61,954 bases of DNA from a virus (taxonomy: Duplodnaviria > Caudoviricetes): the IMG/VR virus record IMGVR_UViG_3300037840_000222, positions 1 through 61,954 of that record. One strand, given 5' to 3'. Positions within the stretch are counted from its first letter, which is position 1. The number at the start of each line of letters is the position of its first letter. Shown in pieces: positions 39,433-48,714 of this stretch. Below the pieces are notes generated by a model, which was not told where the DNA came from, did no database searches, and saw only the letters and a program-made list of their open reading frames with translations. The position numbers were made by a program, and so were the translations under genes.

Positions 39433-39999
39433 CGTCGCCGCTGTTCCATAAACCCTCCATAAGCCATCATAGGGAATAGAAAAACCATATGATGGCCTAG
39501 CAAGGTTTATAGGCTTATTTTTACTCCATGAAAAACTTGAACAGAATACCCTTGTTTTTCATACTCTCTTACGGCATTAGTAGCTACTTCAACATCTCTA
39601 TACCAATCAACACCCTCGCAATCATTTTTACATGTAGCCACTACATAAAATTTCTCTTCCATAATCCCTCCACTCGGGGACAGAGATTAGTCTGTCCCCT
39701 GATTGATGGATTACTTATACTGACCGCAGGATATCTGAACCTCGTTCTTTGTTTCAGACGTTCCCTTGACCGTTGGGTCGGCGTTTTCATCACAAGTCAC
39801 AATAAAATCTGTTTGGCTCAGTTGATGGATGTGAAAGCGACGGGAAAAACGCTTGTTCTGTGCCTCAACGTGAAGCGAGTACATCAGAAAAAACAGAACC
39901 AAACCCGCGATTGTGATTACTGCCCACGTTCCTGCTTTTTTCATATTAAAACCCTCCATAAGAGAACAGACTGGTTTTTTCTGTTCCCCTAGCAAGATT

Positions 40000-40467
40000 T
40001 TAGAATATACTCTTACCGTTCCATGAGTTACACGGAACTTGCTGTTTATGGAGAATGTTGAGTTCGTCTTTGCAGTCGGCGTCTGCCTTCTGCCAGTCGG
40101 CGTCTGCCTTCTGCCAGTCGGCGTCTGCCTTCTGCCAGTCGGCGTATGCCTTCTGCCAGTCGGCGTCTGCCTTCTGCCAGTCGGCGTCTGCCTTCTGCCA
40201 GTCGGCGTATGCCTTCTGCCAGTCGGCGTATGCCTTCTGCATTCCTACAGGAAGTTCGCCTTCAAACGGACGGAAATTTGTTAGCCGAATTACTCTTTCC
40301 TGTTGTGGTTTATTGTTTAAGATATATTGAATTCGTTCTTCAACAGGAAAAGCCAACGGCTCAATTTGAACTTCATGATGGCAACACCATGCAATTTTGG
40401 AACGGGTATTTGCCCATACTTCGCGGCATTCTTTTGCCGCTTGTTCTATTTGATCGTTTTGGATCAT
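40000..40467 (-). CDS. early protein with heptad repeat (QKA[Y/D]ADW)x8
   Basis: Starts MIQNDQ after GGAGGG; in-frame 21-bp tandem repeat. Confidence 0.75.
   Translation of the reverse strand: MIQNDQIEQAAKECREVWANTRSKIAWCCHHEVQIEPLAFPVEERIQYILNNKPQQERVIRLTNFRPFEGELPVGMQKAYADWQKAYADWQKADADWQKADADWQKAYADWQKADADWQKADADWQKADADCKDELNILHKQQVPCNSWNGKSIF
40073..40240. repeat. 21-bp tandem repeat, 8 units
   Basis: CAGTCGGCGT[A/C]TGCCTTCTGC repeated contiguously. Confidence 0.95.
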
Positions 40468-41272
40468 AGTAAAACCCTCCACTGGAAATTCCATTAATGG
40501 AATTCCCTAGCAAAATTTTACTTGGGATGAGCCAATTGATAGATGGCCCAACGTTTCGCTAAACCTTTGGAAATTGGCGTCTCAGATTCGGCTCTGATAA
40601 TCCGAATCAATTGCTGGCGTCTCGCACGTCTTGCTTTTTTCTGTTCAGTCATAAAACCCTCCCATAGAGCTAGTCCATTAAGAGAACAGACTAGCCTAAT
40701 GGCAAGATTTTAGCCAAATAGATGCTCTGGTATCCAAAGCAAAATATCATCGGCCATCATTGCTCTATAACCTCCGCATGGACAAAAAAACATGCCGCTA
40801 AATGGAACACTTCCGCAAGATTTTCCGCATTGTGGGCATGTCTTAGGGTTTTCGTTTGAATTAGGAAAACCCGCCACTATAAATTCAGGCGTAATACTTC
40901 CCTTGCCATAAGCCATCTGTTTACCTCATTTCGATTGAACTGGTTTAGTCATTCCGGCATATGGACAGGCAACGGAACAGTGATAACATGGGCAGCTATC
41001 GGGATGTTTATAGCAATTACAAACAGGCTTACGCTTTTGCTTTTCTCTGTTCATCTTACCTCCAAACCTGTGAACGGTCTTTTGGTTGTGGTTTACCACA
41101 AACGAAGCATGTTGTCTTAACCAGTCTCCGATTGCGTCTATGTTGATTCTTCCAAAGTGAGCCGCAAGGCTTACACTGGCGTTTTCCTAATCGCATGGTG
41201 GAATCGAGTTTTGTCATAAATCCTCTAATTAGGACACTCTATTCCATTAATGGAATGTCCTAAGTGCAAGAT

Positions 41273-41719
41273 TTACCCGGTATATAGAGTATCAGCATTT
41301 TCTGTTTTACTAGTTCTTAAAAACTTTGTCATATTGGCGGAATTCAGATATACATGTGCCGTTGCTGGTTTTCCGCAAAATGTTCCGCTCTGAACAAGGG
41401 CAAAACTGTCCGGTAAAAATTTGAGAGTGACGTTGCCAACATGGTCAACGGCAAGGTGTTTATCTTCCGAATTCACCAAACCACGGTTAGCGATATCGAA
41501 AAACGGATGAGTGGATGTTGGCATTGGTTGACGTTGCATGGTGGCCAGATTCACAATGGCATACTCGTCCCGTGATCCGCCGTCCCAGTAGCTATTGATA
41601 TTCTTACCATTATCAGGAAATGCAGAGAGAAAAGCATTGTGTTTCTTATAGCTTGGAAACGCCAATTGAATTACTCTCTTCACTTCCGGCGCTATCCTCA
41701 AAGTGATAGTTTGAAGCAT
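41273..41719 (-). CDS. hypothetical early protein
   Basis: 148 aa with an AGGAGGG RBS; NSYWDGGSRDEY and FCGK segments. Confidence 0.7.
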   Translation of the reverse strand: MLQTITLRIAPEVKRVIQLAFPSYKKHNAFLSAFPDNGKNINSYWDGGSRDEYAIVNLATMQRQPMPTSTHPFFDIANRGLVNSEDKHLAVDHVGNVTLKFLPDSFALVQSGTFCGKPATAHVYLNSANMTKFLRTSKTENADTLYTG

Positions 41720-42305
41720 AAAACCCTCCTGAATACCCTATTGCATTGGGTGTTTCATTGGACGTGCCCTCGTGCTGTGATGTTTTCGCATCAATTCTAT
41801 GCAAGCCTCTTCAGGTGAGGAGTAAAGTTCCCTGTGGGGTGAAGTGCCGTCTTCCATATACCAACAAAATTTGCTTATATAAACCATTCGCCCCAAATAA
41901 GGGACTAAAATCTCTGTTTTGAGTAAAATCAGATTACTGGTACTATAATCATAATCTGCACTCGTATTACGAACTTCCGCTGTCGCATAGATATAGTCTT
42001 CCATAAACCCTCCACTAGGCAGATAATTCCATTAATGGACAGATTATCTGCTAGGTGCAAGGTTTATTGGGCAAACTTGCGCCGGTACTGCTCTTTCCAA
42101 TCCCTGATGGCAAGTTCAGGGCGGGAACCTGAGCCACAGATACTGTCTAGATTGTTTCCAATCCAATCTGTAGTAACATAGCATTGCCATGTCTTACCGC
42201 ATTGTTTCAGATTATACGTCAAACTTCTGAAAAGTTTTCGTCTGTTCTCCATAAATCCTCCACAAAATAGGGGAACGATATTCTGTTCCCCTAGTCTAGC
42301 AGGAT

Positions 42306-42713
42306 TTACTTGCCGTTGTTCTTGCCGAACTTGGCAATGTTCGCTTCCGTGGGATGCTTCACTGCTCCTGTGGTATCGGCAACACGGAGCAGGCGCTTGT
42401 TTTCGGATGCTGGCGTGTCTTTTTCGGCCTTAAGAGCCAAAAGAGCCGAATGCTTTTTCATGAATACACTGATCGGCGCGTCATCGGCCAATGGCTTGCC
42501 AGTCAATGCTTCAATCAATCGCGGCATCTGTTCCGAGTACACGGTCAACGGGAACGTGGTATTGATCCCGTAGATACCGATTGCGCCTTTGTCTTCGCCA
42601 ATGCCGAACGTGACGGCTTTGGGCTGGTTATTCTTTGCCAGTTGCGCTTCTAATTCGGCAATGCGGGCTTGCATTTTCTGTACTTCAGTCAATTGCTGAT
42701 TGTTATTACTCAT
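42306..42713 (-). CDS. hypothetical early protein (coiled coil + KG.I.IYG...FPLTVY motif)
   Basis: Starts MSNNN after GGAG; GC-rich codon usage. Confidence 0.7.
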   Translation of the reverse strand: MSNNNQQLTEVQKMQARIAELEAQLAKNNQPKAVTFGIGEDKGAIGIYGINTTFPLTVYSEQMPRLIEALTGKPLADDAPISVFMKKHSALLALKAEKDTPASENKRLLRVADTTGAVKHPTEANIAKFGKNNGK

Positions 42714-44150
42714 GTCTATTCTCCATAAATCGCTGATTTTAAAGGGATTCAGCCAACCCTGATTAGAGGCATTGAATGCCTCAAGGGAAACAGATGAAAA
42801 ACTGTTTGACGCGGGACTATCCCGTTGGTCTGGATGACAGTATAGCAATTCTCTGTTCCCCCTGAGATATTCAATTCCATTAATGGAATTGAGGTTTTCT
42901 CTGTTCACTTAGCAATAGCTTACGCGGTACATACCGCGCTATCTGGCTGATAACCAGCGTAACACAAAATCTGCGAGTGTTTCCGTTGATTCCCGTTCTC
43001 TTTTCGGCCATTTCTTTATTTTCATCTAATTCCCTTTCCTTTCAGCCAGATACAGAGCGTACTCTAATTCCTCTTGTTCTCTGTTCAGCCTGTTCTTGAC
43101 GGCTTGATTGCCGCTAATGTCTATCCGATATTGGAGTGAATCAATTCTGTTCACTAACTCTTGTTGGTTCATCGCTATGCACCCCGTAAGCTATTGCTTT
43201 GGTTTTGCTTGTTCTATTCACCATTGACGGCTGCTATCATTCCCGCTACGGTTCATCTCCGTTGAGTACAGAGGGGAAAGTTATAAGCGAATTCCATTCC
43301 GTCTTTGGTTTCGGGGGTTTTCTCTCCCCCTGTGTTGGTTACTATCAGCCATACTCTGAAAACTAGTCCGATTGCCGTCTATTCAGGCTGCTTTCCCGGT
43401 CATGGCTGTTAGCTCTCGGTACTTGCTCGGTGATCGTTTTCAGCGGCTTGTTCTGTTCGCCGTTCCCGCTTGCCGTTTGGAATCTGCCGCGAACGAATGC
43501 AGGTTCTCATGATCGCGTTTCAGAGTCAAGTTAAGAATTGTAAAGCACCGTAAGTCGTTGAAAACAAAGCGAAAAAACCGTGAAAAAAGTTTTGCGGCAG
43601 GGATTCGCGGCTATTTTTTAGGTTTAGTTATACTGTGTGGCATACAGTATTCGTTCGAACGTTCGTTCGGTTGTGTTTCCTGACCAAACCGCTGGTTATA
43701 ACCGTCATCCCCAATCGCAATAACGGCAATCGCAAACAAAAACCGTCACTTTTAACACAGAAAACTGAAAAGCTAAGTGCTTTAGAATCAACATCCGATG
43801 CCATCTGCTCACCGTATAGCTGAACGTCATAGTAGTTGTTCTCTTTCCCTCTCTATAATCTATCCCTAGGGAGTAACATTAACTTCTAGATAGCCTAGGG
43901 GGAGGGGGAAGCCCCTTTGGGTTGGGAGGGGAGGGGTTTAGTGACCTGGCGATACCTCCTTCCTTTTCAACCACTTACAAGCCATACAATAATAATCCTT
44001 AATTTCCCACCACCTTTTTCTTTTTAGGGACTCCAAAACCATAGGTACCCTTTGGAACCCCAAAAGGGACTCCTTTTTAATAGAGGGTGCTACCTACGGA
44101 AAAATAACCTCTCCCGGCCACCAAATGTTAATTAAATAATAACATGAGCA

Positions 44151-44250
44151 TTATAACCGGCATGGCCATAGCCTAGCTACGGCCTAGCTATAGCCTAGCG
44201 TAGTAGAGATAAGGTAAGTAGAGGTAAGAGAAGTTAAGTTTAGGTAAGTA
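44151..44250. repeat. iteron-like array B
   Basis: GCCTAGC at 44171, 44182 and 44193 (11-bp period), then GTAAG/GTAGAG pentamers. Confidence 0.7.
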
Positions 44251-44339
44251 CCGGCCATTAAGAAAAAATAAAATCTTTTCTTTAAAACCGCACACCGCGC
44301 CTCTAGAATACGATATAGTATATAGAGGGACAGATAAAC

Positions 44340-44730
44340 GTAATCTGAGCGCCCGATCAGGCTAATGTAAGTGCCTGGGCCTGCCGTGTGAACGAAAACC
44401 AGCGAAACACCTGGGGACGTGGCCGGGGTCAAACTAATATGTGATACAGCGGGTTAACCGTATCACGCATAAGGCTTTACACATATGGTATTGTCTTAGC
44501 GGCCTGCGATAGAAATAGATTTAGGGTATATAAACCGGCTCGGTACCCTACTCCTCGGAGTCCGGATTAATTTGTAAGCCCAGTCTGACCGCTTACTGAA
44601 GTCTTCTGGGTATCGCTTTCAGGAAATCGTTCCCACTGCCCGGTGGGTGATCGCAAACAGCCGGTTCTGTTAGAATGCCGCTAAGGGTGATGCGAGCCTA
44701 TGCGCTTTTAATAGAACCGGAAGGGATTAG
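44340..44730 (+). ncRNA. putative large structured RNA
   Basis: Stems 44661-44672/44709-44720, 44495-44503/44677-44685 and 44467-44476/44695-44703; no credible ORF. Confidence 0.5.
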
Positions 44731-44742
44731 AATTTAAAGTTT

Positions 44743-44804
44743 TGCGGTTTAGCATCAGTCGGATAGATGTGCAGTTGGCCGTGGGTTCGACTCCCACAAC
44801 CGCA
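44743..44804 (+). ncRNA. tRNA-like RNA lacking an anticodon arm
   Basis: Acceptor TGCGGTT/AACCGCA, D arm GCATC/GATGT, T arm GTGGG-TTCGACT-CCCAC; only 10 nt between the D and T arms. Confidence 0.6.
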
Positions 44805-44857
44805 ATTAGTTTAACCGATGCCGGATGAGAAAGAAGTTACCCGGACGGTTTTCGATT

Positions 44858-44936
44858 TGCTGGCGAGTGGAACGGATTACCATCCAAGTCTCATAAACTT
44901 GGGATAACGGGTTCGACTCCCGTGCTTCAGCAACCA
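44858..44936 (+). tRNA. tRNA with CAT anticodon (Met or Ile2), atypical acceptor stem and D arm
   Basis: CCAAGT-CTCATAA-ACTTGG anticodon arm; ACGGG-TTCGACT-CCCGT T arm; encoded 3' CCA. Confidence 0.72.
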
Positions 44937-45443
44937 AAATTCCATTAATGGAAACGAAGCGAAGACCGGATCGCATCTGGTCGTGGTGGGTCGCACTCGC
45001 CGTTCCTAAAACGTAGTGGGGATCATTGATCCAGCCCCTCCCTCTAGTGAGGGCTGGTGTTACCAACAATCTACGATACGGGATTGGGCCTGAAAAACCC
45101 AATCCGCTAAACGGCATACACGCGGTATGATAGGGTATAAATTTTTAGCGGCGCTGAAAAATGAAGGCGGGGTGGCATCCCCTAGCGACTCAGAAGAGTA
45201 CTAAAGCGCCCACAGCCGCTAGACGCGATTAGGAGAATAGATGGATGGTTACGAGTATCAAATACCTTCGATCAGCAGCAACTCAATAACATTGGGTACG
45301 GACGAAGGGGTTCACAAGGAGCAACTTTCTAAACCTCCGAGTGAAGTGTCTATTCGAATTCTAAATTCAATCATTTACGCAAGAGTTCCAGAGTCTAACT
45401 TTTACCGTGACGCCTTAGTAGATTAATTCCATTAATGGAAAAT

Positions 45444-45632
45444 ATGGTTAATGACCGGCAGCTAGCGTACTGGTTTGGAAAGTATAACCGGCTATACTTT
45501 GGAGAACAGTTACCCAAAACCCAAGTCTACTGGGAACCACCACCCTCTTCTTATGGGAATACTTGCCGGGTAGAGGAAACCCCCAATCAGTTTATAATCC
45601 GGCTTGACCCGGCTACAAATGGTTCATGTTAA
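45444..45632 (+). pseudogene. SprT-like N-terminal fragment
   Basis: L..WF..YN..YFG..LP...V.W pattern, but it stops before any HExxH. Confidence 0.4.
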
Positions 45633-46143
45633 ATTATGGCCCAAACACCCCGCTCACCGTCACGGAAAATTGTTCCAGTCAGAGATGAAGAGACTGGTCG
45701 AGATGGGTGCGCTCAAGAAACTTTGGTAAGCCAACCGTTCCCTTTTGTAGAACCTTGGCGCTGTGATAACTGTCTCGAATTGATGTACAATAAAACTCCT
45801 GATGGCTATCCGGCCCCAGGCGCTCCGGTCGGATTAAACATTTCGATTGATGGAAAGAAACTGCGGGTTTGTCTTCTTTGCGCTCAGATGTTTATCTCTG
45901 TTACCCAAAGCGAGTTCTTTAGAGATGAACATAGTAAGTGGGTTAAAGAGATGGAACACCGAAAGAAACTTAGGTCTGGAAGCAATTACTTAGATAGGAA
46001 AGACTAATTCCATTAATGGAAATCTTTATATTAGGCTTTGCGTTCGGAGTGCTATGTACTGTAGTCGGTCTTGCAATTTGGTCTAGACTAGGTTACTGGG
46101 GTTCAAATTTCTGAAGTGGCTTGAAACACATAAGCACCTAGCG

Positions 46144-46797
46144 ATGGTGCTGATTGCGGCGGTAGTTCTTCTGTTAACGTACTACAAAGCCGTAGCTCAC
46201 TTCGACGGCTTAGCCCACGACAAATTTGTTCTGGCTAAAGCCCAACTGGAAACAGACGTTAAAACCGCCAAGACTCAGGCCGTTCAAACCAACACCGACC
46301 AGATTGATCTTCAGAACAAATTGAACATAGAGATCGCTGCTAGACAAAACCGGGATCAGCAGATAGCAAAATTGCTTTCTGATCTACAGACGCAGCGTCA
46401 GAAAGACAATTCTTTAACCCCATCCGACCTGTCTCTGAGATGGTCTGGTCTAATAGGGGTTCAGCCATTAGAGATAAAACCAAATCCTGATGGCTTGGTA
46501 GTTTCTATTCCCGCTAGCCACGAGACCGTGAGCCAGTTAGAAGAGATTCCGGTTCTAAGAGAAACTAATAAGCAGGATCAAACTCTGTTGATACATCAGA
46601 ATGATCTGATGGGTGGGTTTCAAAAAGTCATAACCGATTTACAGAATGAGAAATCTACCTGTAAAAAAGAACTGTCTGATAAAGATATTGAGTATAAAGC
46701 TGAAATAGCTAAGGTGAAAGCCGACTCCCGTAAACACGGTTTCTGGTATGCTCTCGGTGGGTTCGTAGGCGGGGTTCTGTTGAGTAAAAGATTTTAG
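46144..46797 (+). CDS. membrane-anchored coiled-coil protein, possibly spanin-like
   Basis: N-terminal TM segment, long coiled coil and hydrophobic C-terminus; upstream of holin and lysin. Confidence 0.45.
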   Translation: MVLIAAVVLLLTYYKAVAHFDGLAHDKFVLAKAQLETDVKTAKTQAVQTNTDQIDLQNKLNIEIAARQNRDQQIAKLLSDLQTQRQKDNSLTPSDLSLRWSGLIGVQPLEIKPNPDGLVVSIPASHETVSQLEEIPVLRETNKQDQTLLIHQNDLMGGFQKVITDLQNEKSTCKKELSDKDIEYKAEIAKVKADSRKHGFWYALGGFVGGVLLSKRF

Positions 46798-47001
46798 GAG
46801 TTTATATGTGTTTTCTTTTTGTATGCCTATCATTTATCGGTGGGGCAGTTCTGTTTAATTACCTCGGTAGCCAGTCTAAAGACGCAGCTATTAAAGCTGC
46901 CTATGAAGCCCGCGATTTTGCTTACAAAAATTTCAACGACGCTCGTGTAGAATATAAGAAATTGAAGGCGGGAGTGAGACACGATTTGGATAAGGTACTG
47001 A

Positions 47002-47214
47002 ATGTTTTCTAAGCTGATTAAATGGGCTACCGGCAGACATACTCTGTTCGCTATCTATTTCACCATATCGGGAACTGTTCTCCAAATTTATCATAAACTG
47101 GATGGCAATTTTATAGCTCTTATAGCCGCCATTCAGGCTTTTATATTAGGCCACTCTGTTAAAGAAGATTACTTCTCTTCCAAGAACAAACTGGAGTCTG
47201 AGGACAAACCTTAG
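47002..47214 (+). CDS. putative holin
   Basis: 70 aa with two hydrophobic segments and a charged C-terminus; abuts the endolysin. Confidence 0.55.
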   Translation: MFSKLIKWATGRHTLFAIYFTISGTVLQIYHKLDGNFIALIAAIQAFILGHSVKEDYFSSKNKLESEDKP

Positions 47215-47651
47215 TGGATATAATCGAGCAGCTTAAACGCGATGAAGGCTTGCGTTTGGTTCCGTACCGAGATAGCGTCGGCATCTGGACGGCGGGGTAC
47301 GGTCATAACCTTCAATCACATAACGGTTCCCTAAACCCAATAACTCAAGAGCAAGCTGATTCGTGGTTAGAAGACGACGCCGATGCTGCCCATGTGAGTG
47401 TTTTAAAATGGTTGCCTTGGGCTAGTAAACTTAGCGACGCCCGGTTTGGTGTTTTACAAAACATGTGTTTTAATATGGGAATAGGTAACCAGCATCATGG
47501 ATTACTATCGTTTTCAACATTCTTGGGTTTAGTAAGAAATGGAAAATACGAAGAAGCGTCCCAAGATGAAATACACACCAAATGGTCTGTAGAAGTGGGA
47601 GCAAGAGCCGACCGACTGGCTAATCAAATGAGAACAGATCAGTGGACCTAA
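47214..47651 (+). CDS. endolysin, GH24 phage lysozyme
   Basis: DEGLRLVPYRDSVGIWTAGYGH (E-8-D-5-T triad); MCFNMG. Confidence 0.92.
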   Translation: MDIIEQLKRDEGLRLVPYRDSVGIWTAGYGHNLQSHNGSLNPITQEQADSWLEDDADAAHVSVLKWLPWASKLSDARFGVLQNMCFNMGIGNQHHGLLSFSTFLGLVRNGKYEEASQDEIHTKWSVEVGARADRLANQMRTDQWT

Positions 47652-47812
47652 TTCCATTAATGGAATGCTGGCATAAGTTTGACGCAATAAATAGAGGGTT
47701 GAGATGTCGTTTCTGTGGCCACCTATTACCTCTGGTAAGTTTTAAAGGGATGGAAAATCCGCCTGCCAAAGAGCCGGTAGCTCCCTGTAGAAAATAATTT
47801 AAGGAAAATAAT

Positions 47813-48388
47813 ATGAGTAATATGAATACTGTGTTTGGTCTGCCGAGTTTGGCTGGCCCCGTCTCTGCTACCGAGACCGCCGTTGCTGCCGTAGCGGGCG
47901 GAACTACTCGCGCACTGTTTGGATTGACTTCGGATGTTAACGGCGGATTCTTCGATGGTCGGCCTTTTAAGATTCGTGTGGTTGCTTCCGCAGTAGCAAC
48001 CGGCACCAGTAACCTGACGGTGAATTTGTATTGGAATTCCGCAGCCAATACTAACCTGACTACTTTTACTGGTGACATCCTTGTTATCGGTTCTGGTGCT
48101 CAGGCACTGGCTAGTAAATCTGGTTCCATATTTATGGAAGCCACTTTGATGTGGGATTCTACTCTTCAGGCGCTCGGCGCGTTCTGGAACGAAGCTGCTG
48201 GCTTGGCTAACATCGTTACCACTCCCGCTATTATCAAAACCTCTGCTGCTGTTACTGCTACCAACCCCGTCACTTCTACTGGTGTAGCGACTCCTAACCT
48301 GCTTCAGTTCTTTGTCACTATGACCTGTAGCACCGCTGCTAACGTCACTTCTACCAAGTTGGTAGAGGCGGCAATCGACCGTATTTAG
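47813..48388 (+). CDS. putative virion structural protein
   Basis: Ala/Thr/Gly/Val-rich, few charged residues; late arm. Confidence 0.55.
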   Translation: MSNMNTVFGLPSLAGPVSATETAVAAVAGGTTRALFGLTSDVNGGFFDGRPFKIRVVASAVATGTSNLTVNLYWNSAANTNLTTFTGDILVIGSGAQALASKSGSIFMEATLMWDSTLQALGAFWNEAAGLANIVTTPAIIKTSAAVTATNPVTSTGVATPNLLQFFVTMTCSTAANVTSTKLVEAAIDRI

Positions 48389-48714
48389 TGAATAGTACTT
48401 GGGCAAGCCGTATTCGAAGAGAGTACGGCTTGCACCCATCTGGTTATAACCAGATGTTGGTAGAACAGAATAAAGCTTGTGCTATTTGTAAAAAGCCGGT
48501 TGAACCTAATAAGAAACTGAATGTAGATCACTGCCACAAGAGTCAGAAGGTGCGGGGTCTTCTCTGTTTCAAATGTAACACAATACTAGGGCTAGCGAAC
48601 GACGATCCTTCTATTCTGACGAATGCCATCAGTTATCTCAATAAACACTACGATCCGGGTTACGATGTAGCAGCGATGGCGGAAAAATATAAAGATATGG
48701 TGTTTAAGGGATAA
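48388..48714 (+). CDS. endonuclease VII-family protein
   Basis: QNKACAIC...VDHCH...VRGLLCFKCN. Confidence 0.9.
   Translation: MNSTWASRIRREYGLHPSGYNQMLVEQNKACAICKKPVEPNKKLNVDHCHKSQKVRGLLCFKCNTILGLANDDPSILTNAISYLNKHYDPGYDVAAMAEKYKDMVFKG

Noticed and set aside
40073-40240. CRISPR array
   Set aside because: The units are contiguous 21-mers with no unique spacers, they are in frame within a gene, and no cas genes are present.
47620-48439. Long minus-strand ORFs in the late arm (also 55700-56371)
   Set aside because: They are shadows of plus-strand genes that have an RBS and coherent composition.
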